Of a stretch of DNA of 36,060 bases, positions 8,910-18,012 are shown in pieces. A program made the translations under genes and the position numbers. Where the stretch lies: NCBI GenBank assembly GCA_048938895.1, contig JBHLLU010000041.1, positions 1-36,060 on the forward strand. Direction: 5' to 3'. How positions within the stretch are numbered: the stretch's first letter is position 1; each line of letters starts with the position of its first letter. The notes under the pieces were generated by a model, which had not been told where the DNA came from, did no database searches, and saw only the letters and a program-made list of their open reading frames with translations. Source of the DNA: Promethearchaeota archaeon. GTDB taxonomy: Archaea > Asgardarchaeota > Lokiarchaeia > Sigyniarchaeales > SOKP01.

Positions 8910-10169
8910 ATGTCAATTAAAAACGAATTCAAAAATGACAATTCAGAACAGGGTGAGAGACATTCTTATCTTTATCAGAGGAAGCCCGTTCATTTGAAAA
9001 AAGAAAGTGCGGATGATAAATTCGATGTAATTGTACCAAAAAAAAATATTATTGTTCTAATTGTAATTTTTTTGATATTTTTCTTTATTCAATTCTATTA
9101 TTTCAGCGGACTTTACTACAAGCTAATGTTTCCAGATGAACCTTACAATCCTGGGGAGTTCTTTTGGTGGGCACCTTTAGTTTTTATCGCAATTGCAATT
9201 GTTCCTATATTAGCATGGGGTCAGATTGGAGCGCGATTTGGTGCGAGGAGTATGGTAAAATACTTAAGGAAAACAGTATCAAAAACTAGACCAAAAGCTG
9301 CAGAAATTATTTTGGGATATCCTCTCAGAACAAAAGATATTTACTACCTTGAAACATATCCCATGGATTTAAATTTGGGGAAAGGATTTACGAGCATAAA
9401 GGTTTTTATCAAGAGGGTACTGAACGTGTTATTTCTTTCCATGGGTATGAGTGTGGTAATTTCTCAAATAGTAGCTCCATATATTTATGAGCGTATTATT
9501 GCATGGGATGCTGATTATTATTTTAATATCGAGGAAATGATCATAGATCTTACGATTTATTTGGGTCCTTTTACTTTACTAATCCTTATGTTCGTTATGC
9601 CTGTATTTTGGATTGCGGAGGATACTCAAGCCTATCGAGTTAATGAGTATCAAGACTCTGTCCGTTTAGGCTATTATTTGAGAACTGGAATATTAAGCAA
9701 AATTCTTGGATTCTTTGGGTTAGTTATTGTATATAATTTAGCTCAACAATTTGCTTCTGCTCTTTTGGCTGGAGGTGATCCAATTGAAATTTCGGCTTTA
9801 ATGGATAATCCATTACTTGCCATCCAAGTGTACACCACAACTTTTATCTGGTTTGCTATTATTCTTGGAATGTGCGCGGGAATTCCCTTTTTAGTTACAC
9901 TGGTATATTTAGTTTTCTATCACGAAAGATGGGTAAATAATGTAAGAGTTAAGGCCAGTGAATTTATGGAGCTTGGTACATTAGAAGTCCGAGAACCCCG
10001 GGAAGCCAATTTGAAGTATATGAAGAATTCTGAGATGATCGATGAAACTGGTGGATTTTTCCAAACTACTCATGGAAGAGTAATTCTTATCGTATTGATA
10101 ATAGTCGTAGCTTTAATTTGCTTCTATCTTGCATTTATTTTAGGTTTTGAAGAAGCTCTATTTGGGTAA
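8910..10169 (+). CDS. Multi-pass membrane protein of unknown function
   Basis: About 7 hydrophobic segments. ATG 8910 is preferred over the TTG at 8862. Confidence 0.8.
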   Translation: MSIKNEFKNDNSEQGERHSYLYQRKPVHLKKESADDKFDVIVPKKNIIVLIVIFLIFFFIQFYYFSGLYYKLMFPDEPYNPGEFFWWAPLVFIAIAIVPILAWGQIGARFGARSMVKYLRKTVSKTRPKAAEIILGYPLRTKDIYYLETYPMDLNLGKGFTSIKVFIKRVLNVLFLSMGMSVVISQIVAPYIYERIIAWDADYYFNIEEMIIDLTIYLGPFTLLILMFVMPVFWIAEDTQAYRVNEYQDSVRLGYYLRTGILSKILGFFGLVIVYNLAQQFASALLAGGDPIEISALMDNPLLAIQVYTTTFIWFAIILGMCAGIPFLVTLVYLVFYHERWVNNVRVKASEFMELGTLEVREPREANLKYMKNSEMIDETGGFFQTTHGRVILIVLIIVVALICFYLAFILGFEEALFG

Positions 10170-10187
10170 AATTGCATAATTCCTGAA

Positions 10188-10206
10188 TTTTTTTTCTTTT
10201 TTTTTT
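10188..10206 (+). terminator. Poly-U terminator
   Basis: Long T run after the stop at 10169. Confidence 0.55.
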
Positions 10207-10301
10207 ATTGAAAAAGATGTTATTCAATCTCGGAGTAATTTTTTAACTAATCAAGTTTAAATCTATTATAAGTAGAAATAATTAAAAGAAGGGATTACAC
10301 T

Positions 10302-10949
10302 ATGATTCTAAAAAACCAAAATACTATCAAAACAATTGTTTTTGACTTAGGTGGGGTATATTTTACGTCGGGATCTTTTTTAGTAATCGAAAAAATCAAA
10401 GAAATATATGATATCGAAAATACACGTCTTTTGGAAGAGATATTTAGTGATTTACCTAATACAGATGGAAATTTAATACGACGAGGTTTAATTACCATTG
10501 AAGAGTTTGAAAAGCGACTATTCGTGAAAATGAATATCCAAAATAAGGATAAAGATCATATTAGATATATTTGGTTTGGTTCTTATTGTTTGCATTATGG
10601 TATCGAAGCAATAATAAAAGAGTTGAAGAAGAATTATAGATTAATCGTATTCAGTGGTAATATAAAAGAAAGAGTAGAATATCTCAATGGTAAATGTAAT
10701 TTTTTAAAATTATTTGATGATGCGGTTTTTAGTTATGATTATCATGTCAATAAAGACAATTTGGAGTTTTATAAAGAATTAATAAAGCATATTAATTGTG
10801 ATCCTTCAGAGGCAATCTTAATAGATGATGAGAAAAAAAATATTCAAATGGCAAGATCTCTTGGTTTTAAAGGGATTCACTTCTATTATACTGAAAAACT
10901 ATTAAAAGATCTTAAAAAATTCAATATAAATCTTAATATCTCATTATAA
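10302..10949 (+). CDS. HAD-superfamily hydrolase (subfamily IA)
   Basis: Motif I VFDLGGV, motif II FSGN, motif III K, motif IV LIDD...NI..A..LG. Confidence 0.9.
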   Translation: MILKNQNTIKTIVFDLGGVYFTSGSFLVIEKIKEIYDIENTRLLEEIFSDLPNTDGNLIRRGLITIEEFEKRLFVKMNIQNKDKDHIRYIWFGSYCLHYGIEAIIKELKKNYRLIVFSGNIKERVEYLNGKCNFLKLFDDAVFSYDYHVNKDNLEFYKELIKHINCDPSEAILIDDEKKNIQMARSLGFKGIHFYYTEKLLKDLKKFNINLNISL

Positions 10950-11058
10950 GATTTAGACTACACAGACTTATTAATAAATAATTAAAAGTGGATTAATTGT
11001 ATATAAAGATTGTTAATCTGAATTTGAAATATTTTGTAGATATTTTTAGAGGAAGACT

Positions 11059-11868
11059 TTAATCAAAGGATTTAAGAAATGATACAATTTCTTTAACAAC
11101 TCTTTCTGGCTTTTCATTAACCAAAAAATGACCTGCCTTTTCAATATTTACTAATTTCACTCTATCTCCATTTTCTTCTTTTAGAATTAACCCATTTTCT
11201 GGAACAGCTGTTTTGTCGTCTAAACCTTGTATAACCAGCATTGGTGCTTTTCCCCCATTCCACCATTCCATAATCGGTGTAGCAAGATTTGCCTTCCCAT
11301 GAGCTTCCGTTGCTTTTCTATGCTTTTGTCTCTCCTCTGGACTAATTCTGCCTCCTTTAAAAGCTTTGGCTACGATTTTTATATCTGTTGAGGGTGAAAA
11401 GTACAAGAATCTTAAAGCTTCTAATCTTTCTTCCCTGCTACTACCTGGCTTTGCTAAAATCGCATAATATTTTGATGATTCGTGATTTGGTGCAACCTTT
11501 CCACCTGCAGCTAATAAAATTACTGATTTTACTAATTGTGGATGGTTTTCAGCAACACAACGCGCTATACGATTTCCAAAAGCCCAACCTAGTATATGAA
11601 CTGGACCTTCACCAAGTAATCGGATCACACCAGCAACATCATTAGCAAGATCATGTAAGGTCAAATTTTCAAGTGGTCCACTGCTTCCAGCATATCCTCT
11701 TCTATTGATGGCAACTGTTTTATAACCTTTTTCATTAAGAAGGGGAGTAAAACTATCAAAAGTTGAAGCGTCTCCATCTCCTCGTGATAATAAAATCATA
11801 AGCTCTCCAATACCATTTACAATAGCTTCAATCTGAACTTCTCCTAAATTGAATTTTTCATTAGTCAT
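11059..11868 (-). CDS. Alpha/beta-hydrolase fold protein with Ala at the nucleophile elbow
   Basis: NRRGYAGS, GWAFG in place of GxSxG, QGLDD, AGHF. Confidence 0.88.
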   Translation of the reverse strand: MTNEKFNLGEVQIEAIVNGIGELMILLSRGDGDASTFDSFTPLLNEKGYKTVAINRRGYAGSSGPLENLTLHDLANDVAGVIRLLGEGPVHILGWAFGNRIARCVAENHPQLVKSVILLAAGGKVAPNHESSKYYAILAKPGSSREERLEALRFLYFSPSTDIKIVAKAFKGGRISPEERQKHRKATEAHGKANLATPIMEWWNGGKAPMLVIQGLDDKTAVPENGLILKEENGDRVKLVNIEKAGHFLVNEKPERVVKEIVSFLKSFD

Positions 11869-11872
11869 AATA

Positions 11873-12628
11873 TTATCTCTTATCTAAATCCAATTCTGTA
11901 TATCCACCAGTTTTCCAGTCTCTTTTAAAAAATCTAAAGCTGACATTTTCTTTATTAAACATGTCATATTCTTTTTGATTCCAGAAAACTTTACCAGTGG
12001 GACCACCAGAAGGTAATGTAGCCATCCATTTTGCAGAAGGATAGACAACCTTAGGATCTTGCCCTTGTGGCATCATTCCTGATTTTGTAGGTCCAGGAAT
12101 CATACCATTAACTAAAATGTCATAATCTAAATTTTCGACGGCAGCACTTCTTGTTATTGACCATAGAGCAGCTTTAGAGGAATTATAAGGAGCCATACCA
12201 TTATTTCCTGCTTCAGCAGCTCGTGAAACAAGATTAATAATACGTCCAAAGTTTTGAGCTCTCATAACGGGAATGGCAGAGCGTATTCCATAAACAGGTC
12301 CAAAAAGATTGACACGAATCACGTATTCATATTCATCATCTTTGAATTCATGTATATCTCTTACTCTTGCAACACCTGCATTGTTGAAAAGGACATCAAG
12401 ACGTCCGGTTTTATCTACAGCAGTTCTAACCATCGATTCTACCTGCTTATAATCAGTTACATCAACGAGTTTTATAATTGCCCCTTTTTCTTCAAGTGTA
12501 TCTAGTCCCTTGCTATTGATATCTACTGCTAATACTTTAGCCCCATCTTCAAGAAAACCTTTACTTATTGCATGTCCGATACCACTGGCAGCACCAGTAA
12601 TACATACAGTAATCGAGCTTAAATCCAT
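11873..12628 (-). CDS. Short-chain dehydrogenase/reductase
   Basis: TGAASGIG, NNAG, catalytic S and YNSSK. Confidence 0.95.
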   Translation of the reverse strand: MDLSSITVCITGAASGIGHAISKGFLEDGAKVLAVDINSKGLDTLEEKGAIIKLVDVTDYKQVESMVRTAVDKTGRLDVLFNNAGVARVRDIHEFKDDEYEYVIRVNLFGPVYGIRSAIPVMRAQNFGRIINLVSRAAEAGNNGMAPYNSSKAALWSITRSAAVENLDYDILVNGMIPGPTKSGMMPQGQDPKVVYPSAKWMATLPSGGPTGKVFWNQKEYDMFNKENVSFRFFKRDWKTGGYTELDLDKR

Positions 12629-12762
12629 ATAATATCAATTAAAATAAAGTATGTGAAGATTATAAATATAAAACAAACCTTTTCTTAAGAATTTTTTAAA
12701 TAGAAAAAAATATGTAACCAATTCGACACAAATGTATAAAAGTCACTTTATCATATTACATT

Positions 12763-13218
12763 ATGGAATCCAAAAACATGATGGTTTTTATGCACAGAAT
12801 TGAACGAAAAATTGATATTGAGTCTTCTCCTGAAAGGATTTTTGGTATCGTCATGGACCCTAATATCATATCTAAATGGAATCCTGCAGTCGATCTTGCA
12901 GAGCAAAGAGATGAAAATTTGATACTCAAGACAAGTATTGGTGATCTTAATATAATCAATACTGAAAGTGAGGAAAATAAATATATGACGATCCAACTAG
13001 AGAAAGGAAATGTTGATTCAATCGGATATATATTAACTCCAAAAAAAGAAAAAACTGAAGTTATGCTCTGGTCTGAATTTGATGATAAAAAATTTATAAA
13101 AGCATATAAAGACGTAGAAGATCTCGTTTTAAAGAGTTTAAAGCAATTTAGCGAATACCTTGAAGACGGGGGAAATCCAGATGATTATGACAAAAAACAG
13201 CTTTTAGCTGTACCCTAA
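12763..13218 (+). CDS. SRPBCC/START-like (polyketide cyclase family) protein
   Basis: IERKIDIESSPERIF..V.D...ISKWNP and a C-terminal helix LKSLKQFSE. The start could be a later Met. Confidence 0.75.
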   Translation: MESKNMMVFMHRIERKIDIESSPERIFGIVMDPNIISKWNPAVDLAEQRDENLILKTSIGDLNIINTESEENKYMTIQLEKGNVDSIGYILTPKKEKTEVMLWSEFDDKKFIKAYKDVEDLVLKSLKQFSEYLEDGGNPDDYDKKQLLAVP

Positions 13219-13234
13219 CTCTCTTTTTTTTATA

Positions 13235-14659
13235 TTAACTCATTTTCCAATGAGGTCCATCCTCAGAATCCTCAATTTGAATACCTACAGAACGTAATTT
13301 CTCCCGAATATCATCACTCATTTTATAATTCTTTTCTTTTCTTGCTTTTTCTCTAAGGTTGATAATGAGATCCATTAATTCATTTATTTTTGTATCATCT
13401 AGTCCTTTCTTTTTAGTGAAATCGAGTCCTAAAACCCCCAGTAATTCAAGTAGAGTTTCTTGAGCCCTTTCAAGTGTTTGCTTTTTATTATCTAATGAGG
13501 AATTTATTTGTCTTATGAATTCATGAATAGCTGCAATTGCTTTAGGATTATTGAAATCATCATCCATGGCTTCCTCAAAATTTTGTTTAACTTCCTCTAT
13601 GGCCTGATTGAGGTTTATTTTATTACCTCCTGAAGAATCTGCAATTAAGCTTAAACAATTCCGAATTCTTTCCACATTTTTCTTTGCGTTCTCAATTATA
13701 TCTGGATTCCAATCGGCAGCAGTTCGATAATGTCCTGCTACTAATCCCATACGAACAACAAGGCCTCCATATTTATCTATCAATTCACGGGCAGTAACAT
13801 AATTACCCAGGCTTTTACTCATTTTTTTTCCATTAACCGTAATGAATTCAGCATGCATCCAATAACGAACAAACTTTTTCCCAGTTGCAGCTTCAGCTTG
13901 AGCAATTTCATTTGGATGGTGAGTTGGGATATGATCAATCCCTCCTCCATGAATATCTAATGTTTCTCCTAAAAATTTCATTCCCATTATAGAACACTCA
14001 AGATGCCAACCAGGATATCCCCAGCCCCAGGGAGAATCCCAACGCATAATATGGATTTGATCACCTTTTTGAGCATTCAACCACAGAGCAAAATCAAAAT
14101 AGTTCTTTTTAAGAGGATCTTTATCAACACGGGCTTTTGCTTGTTCTTCATCAAGTTTTATTTTTGCAAGTTTCCCATAATCCTTGAATTTAGAAACATC
14201 ATAATATACATTTCCTTCAACTTCATACGCATATCCTTTATCTATAAGAGTCTTTATTAAGGCAATCATTTCAGGTATAACCGAAGTTGCTCTTGGACTA
14301 ATATTTGGTCTGTTAATATTCAATTCATCAATAACACGCCAGTATTCCTCGATTTCTCTATCTACTAACTCCCAAGGATTGATTTTTTCTTCACGCGCTC
14401 TTTTTTCTATCTTATCTTCCCCTTGATCAGCATCATCTGTTAAATGTCCTACATCAGTAAAATTTTGTACATGAAGTACTTTGTATCCTTTATACTTTAA
14501 ATAACGAATTACAATATCCCAGGCACTGTATGTTCTTGCATTTCCTATGTGACACTTTTCGTATACAGTCTGCCCACAAGTGTAGATCTTTACAGTTCCT
14601 TCTTCTAGTGGTGTAAAAACTTCCTTCTGTCTTGTCATAGTATTAAAGATTCTGAGCAT
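13235..14659 (-). CDS. cysS: Cysteinyl-tRNA synthetase
   Basis: YTCGQTVY..CHIGNAR, NFTDV, DFALW, PGWHLECS, DIHGGG.D...HH.NE, KMSKSLGN. Start taken at MLRIFNT (14659). Confidence 0.97.
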   Translation of the reverse strand: MLRIFNTMTRQKEVFTPLEEGTVKIYTCGQTVYEKCHIGNARTYSAWDIVIRYLKYKGYKVLHVQNFTDVGHLTDDADQGEDKIEKRAREEKINPWELVDREIEEYWRVIDELNINRPNISPRATSVIPEMIALIKTLIDKGYAYEVEGNVYYDVSKFKDYGKLAKIKLDEEQAKARVDKDPLKKNYFDFALWLNAQKGDQIHIMRWDSPWGWGYPGWHLECSIMGMKFLGETLDIHGGGIDHIPTHHPNEIAQAEAATGKKFVRYWMHAEFITVNGKKMSKSLGNYVTARELIDKYGGLVVRMGLVAGHYRTAADWNPDIIENAKKNVERIRNCLSLIADSSGGNKINLNQAIEEVKQNFEEAMDDDFNNPKAIAAIHEFIRQINSSLDNKKQTLERAQETLLELLGVLGLDFTKKKGLDDTKINELMDLIINLREKARKEKNYKMSDDIREKLRSVGIQIEDSEDGPHWKMS

Positions 14660-14733
14660 AACAAAGAAAAGCATAAGAAAATATAATAATTTTACGGAGT
14701 TAAATTACAAGTGGAAATTTGAAATAGAAAAAA

Positions 14734-17589
14734 TTAATTTTTTACATCTAAATACGCGTTAACTACATAATTATCTATATTGATTTTCTTATAATCTACT
14801 TTACCTTCAATACTTCTGAATATATTATCTGCTTGTACCATTTTTTTTATTTTTTCTTCGTGTTTCTCAATTGATTTCAGAATGTCTTTACTTTCTGTAG
14901 TTATGTAAAGATCTATTCGATTTTTCGGTGATAATTTCAATCGTTTTCTATAATTATTAAGATTTCTGATTAGATTTCGTGCTATTCCTTCAAGCTTTAA
15001 TTCTGCGTTAATATTTGTATCTAATTCAACCGTAAGCTCTTTACCATCTTTATTTTCAATTATAACATCTCTGACATTTAAAGCATTTAGAATGACCTGT
15101 AAGAAATCATTATCAAGAGATACTCCCCTTATTGTTAGTTTCTGCAATGGTTGTCTAACAGGAATTTTAGAATTTTCTCTTAATTCTAATGCTCTTTTTA
15201 TAACTTCTCTGGATACATCCATGCTTTTATGTATCTGAGGTCTAATTAATTTTTCATTATATTTCGGCCATAGTTCTAAATGAACAGAATCATAGCTAAC
15301 TAATCTACTTTCTCTCAATTTTTGATATATCATCTCAGCTATAAATGGAGTAAGGGGCGCTAGCAATTTTGATAGATTATAAAGTATATAAGATAATGTA
15401 TTCATAGCAGATGATTTTTCACGAATATCTTCACTTTTAAATCGATCTCTACTGTTTTTAACATACCAAGTGGACAGGTCCTCAACAAAAGCAAAGAAAA
15501 ACCTACTTACTTCTGCAGTATCATAATCTTCCATTCTTTCAGTAACATCCCGAATTAAGATATGTAACAAGCTGACAATCCATTTATCTAAGATATTGTT
15601 TGAATTAGATATATCCATAGCTCCTTCTCTAAAATCAATCATAGAATAAAATTTAAGAACGTTTATTAACAATAGATTAAACCTACGGTAAACTTGCTTT
15701 ATGATTTCTTCTTTAAAATTTAAATCCTTTGCCCTCATTAGTTGCGATGATAATAAATAGACTCTCAAGGCGTCTGCACCGTAATTTTCAATTATTATGT
15801 TTGGATCGGGGAAATTTCGTTTTGATTTAGACATTTTAGTTCCATCTTCAGCGAGAATATTACCATTTACAACTACGTGTTTAAACGGTATATCATTAAA
15901 TACTAAAATTGATATCACATGCATATAATAAAACCATGCTCTTACTTGTCCTATGTATTCTGAGACAAAATCACTTGGATAATTTGTCTTAAACCATTCA
16001 ACATTTTCAAAAGGGTAATGCTTTGCAGCAAAAGGCATCGAACCTGATTCTAACCAGCAATCAAATACTTCGGGAATACGATTCATTATTTTTTTACAGC
16101 TTGGGCATCGAAGATGAATTTCATCAACTATGTGTTTATGCAAATCTAAACTATTTGGCACCTTCTCTATAGCATTTTCTTGTAATTCTTTAACCGAACC
16201 GATAACTCTTATCTCATTACAATTCTCACACTCCCAAATTGGTATAGCTGTAGCCCAAAACCGATTTCTAGAGATACACCAATCTGGAGCTGTTTCGATT
16301 ATATTCTGGTATCTCTTCACTACATCCTTGGGATACCATTTAATAGCTTTATTAGTCTCCAGGAGTCTTGACTTTAATTGCTGAATATTTATAAACCACG
16401 CATCAAGAGCATTATAAATAAGTGGAGTATCGCATCTATAACAAAACGGATACGAATGTGCGTAATCTTCGGAATTAAATAATAGATTTCTTTGTTTCAA
16501 ATCCTCTAAAATTTCTTTATCTAAATCTTTAAACCACATACCAATCCACTCATTTGGACCACTTTTTAACTCCCCATGTTCATCAATATGCTGAATTGTG
16601 GTCAAATTGAATTTCTTTATCATCTCATAATCAAATTCTCCGTAAATTGCCAAATGAATAATTCCTGTTCCCTCATCGGAAAGAACATCTTCACCTCCAT
16701 CAACAATGATATGAGCAGTCCCATTTGAAGAATCAGAAATTTGATATAATGGTTTATATTTTTGATTAACTAGTTCTTTTCCCTCAAATTCCTTAATGAC
16801 TTCATAATTGGTTTTTATAATATCTAATCTGTTTTTAATTAAAATTAAAATTTCATTATTGACCTTAACTTTAACATATTTTTGCTCACTATTTATAGCT
16901 AATGCCACATTTCCGATTAGAGTCCAAGGTGTTGTCGTCCAAGCTAAAAGAAATGTTCCTGGTTCTCCTCTTAATTCAAATTTGGCAGTTACAGATTCTT
17001 CAGTAACATCCTTATAGCTATTATCCATTGAAATCTCAAAGTTAGAAAGTGGAGTTTCACAGCGAGGACAATAAAACAATACTTTTTTACCTTTATATAC
17101 AAATCCTTCATTATAGATTTTCTTGAAAATATACCACACAGTTTCCATATACGTATTATCCATGGTTTTATAAGAATTATCAAATTCTATCCATTTACCC
17201 ATTCTTTCAACAGTCTTTTTCCATTCATTTGCATTCCATAATACCTTTGATCGACAAAACTCATTGAAATCTGCTATACCCATCTCATAGATCTCATTCT
17301 TTTGTTTTATATTAAGAGATTTTTCACAAACACTTTCTATAGGAAGTCCGTGGCAATCCCAACCCCATCTTCTTTCACAACGATATCCTTTCATCGTCCA
17401 ATATCTCGGGAATACATCTTTTGTAACAATACTTAAGATATTTCCATAATGTGGCCTACCAGTAGCGAATGGGGGACCATCATAAAATACATAAGGTTTA
17501 TTCTCTGGTCTTTCTTCTACACTTCTTTCAAAGATTTGATTGTCATTCCAAAATTGGATGAGTTTTTTTTCCTTTTCATTATATGACAT
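14734..17589 (-). CDS. ileS: Isoleucyl-tRNA synthetase, type-2-like (no C-terminal zinc finger seen)
   Basis: DGPPFATGRPHYGN, GWDCHGLPIE, WTTTPWTL editing motif, DWCISRNRFW, KMSKS. A GGTGA SD precedes ATG 17589 (the ORF track extends to 17619). Confidence 0.96.
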   Translation of the reverse strand: MSYNEKEKKLIQFWNDNQIFERSVEERPENKPYVFYDGPPFATGRPHYGNILSIVTKDVFPRYWTMKGYRCERRWGWDCHGLPIESVCEKSLNIKQKNEIYEMGIADFNEFCRSKVLWNANEWKKTVERMGKWIEFDNSYKTMDNTYMETVWYIFKKIYNEGFVYKGKKVLFYCPRCETPLSNFEISMDNSYKDVTEESVTAKFELRGEPGTFLLAWTTTPWTLIGNVALAINSEQKYVKVKVNNEILILIKNRLDIIKTNYEVIKEFEGKELVNQKYKPLYQISDSSNGTAHIIVDGGEDVLSDEGTGIIHLAIYGEFDYEMIKKFNLTTIQHIDEHGELKSGPNEWIGMWFKDLDKEILEDLKQRNLLFNSEDYAHSYPFCYRCDTPLIYNALDAWFINIQQLKSRLLETNKAIKWYPKDVVKRYQNIIETAPDWCISRNRFWATAIPIWECENCNEIRVIGSVKELQENAIEKVPNSLDLHKHIVDEIHLRCPSCKKIMNRIPEVFDCWLESGSMPFAAKHYPFENVEWFKTNYPSDFVSEYIGQVRAWFYYMHVISILVFNDIPFKHVVVNGNILAEDGTKMSKSKRNFPDPNIIIENYGADALRVYLLSSQLMRAKDLNFKEEIIKQVYRRFNLLLINVLKFYSMIDFREGAMDISNSNNILDKWIVSLLHILIRDVTERMEDYDTAEVSRFFFAFVEDLSTWYVKNSRDRFKSEDIREKSSAMNTLSYILYNLSKLLAPLTPFIAEMIYQKLRESRLVSYDSVHLELWPKYNEKLIRPQIHKSMDVSREVIKRALELRENSKIPVRQPLQKLTIRGVSLDNDFLQVILNALNVRDVIIENKDGKELTVELDTNINAELKLEGIARNLIRNLNNYRKRLKLSPKNRIDLYITTESKDILKSIEKHEEKIKKMVQADNIFRSIEGKVDYKKINIDNYVVNAYLDVKN

Positions 17590-17632
17590 GCTTATCACCA
17601 TATTTTTGATTTCAAACACTTGAACATTACAT

Positions 17633-17823
17633 AAAAAAAAAATAATTATATTTTAAAGAACAAAATCATGGCCTTTGTTATCCATGAAGCAGGATGTGGA
17701 AAAAAGGCTATGAGAATCTGCTTCATGAAAAATATAATTTACCCAATAATAATAGATGTGATTATAACTATGGTTTCTATTGATTTTAAGAAATTTTTTG
17801 GTTTACTCATAGCATCCACATCC
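17633..17823 (-). promoter_or_regulatory. Putative attenuator: alternative RNA stems plus U-tracts in the ileS leader
   Basis: A (17806-17823) pairs with C (17692-17714) as 9+8 bp. B (17718-17727) pairs with D (17683-17692) as 10 bp. Part of C (17703-17713) pairs with E (17666-17676) at 10/11 bp. These are followed by UUUUGUUCUUU and a U10 run. Confidence 0.7.
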
Positions 17824-17825
17824 AT
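17739..17825 (-). CDS. Ile-rich leader peptide of ileS (28 aa, MDVDAMSKPKNFLKSIETIVIITSIIIG)
   Basis: 7 of the last 13 sense codons are Ile (ATA x3, ATC, ATT x3). The ORF ends 150 nt upstream of the ileS start. A TATA-like TTTTTAAA lies about 30 nt upstream of the ATG. A second in-frame ATG is at 17810. Confidence 0.78.
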   Translation of the reverse strand: MDVDAMSKPKNFLKSIETIVIITSIIIG

Positions 17826-18012
17826 GTCTACAATTATATTAAGACATTAAATTTTAAAAAATTGATGGTGATTTAGCATAAATTGTGTTATCGCAAAGAA
17901 TAACAATTTTCTTTTAGCTCAAATATAAAAAATCTAAATTTATCAGATATATAAAATAGATCCAAATAGGACTTTTTAATTATTTCAAACAACAAAATCT
18001 TGAGGGATAATA

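Noticed and set aside
17633-17830. T-box riboswitch upstream of ileS
   Set aside because: No GGUGGNACC T-box sequence or stem I motifs were found; the leader-peptide model explains the region better.
17668-17850. 60-aa plus-strand ORF in the track
   Set aside because: It is antisense to the Ile-rich leader ORF and its stems and points away from ileS; probably a shadow ORF.
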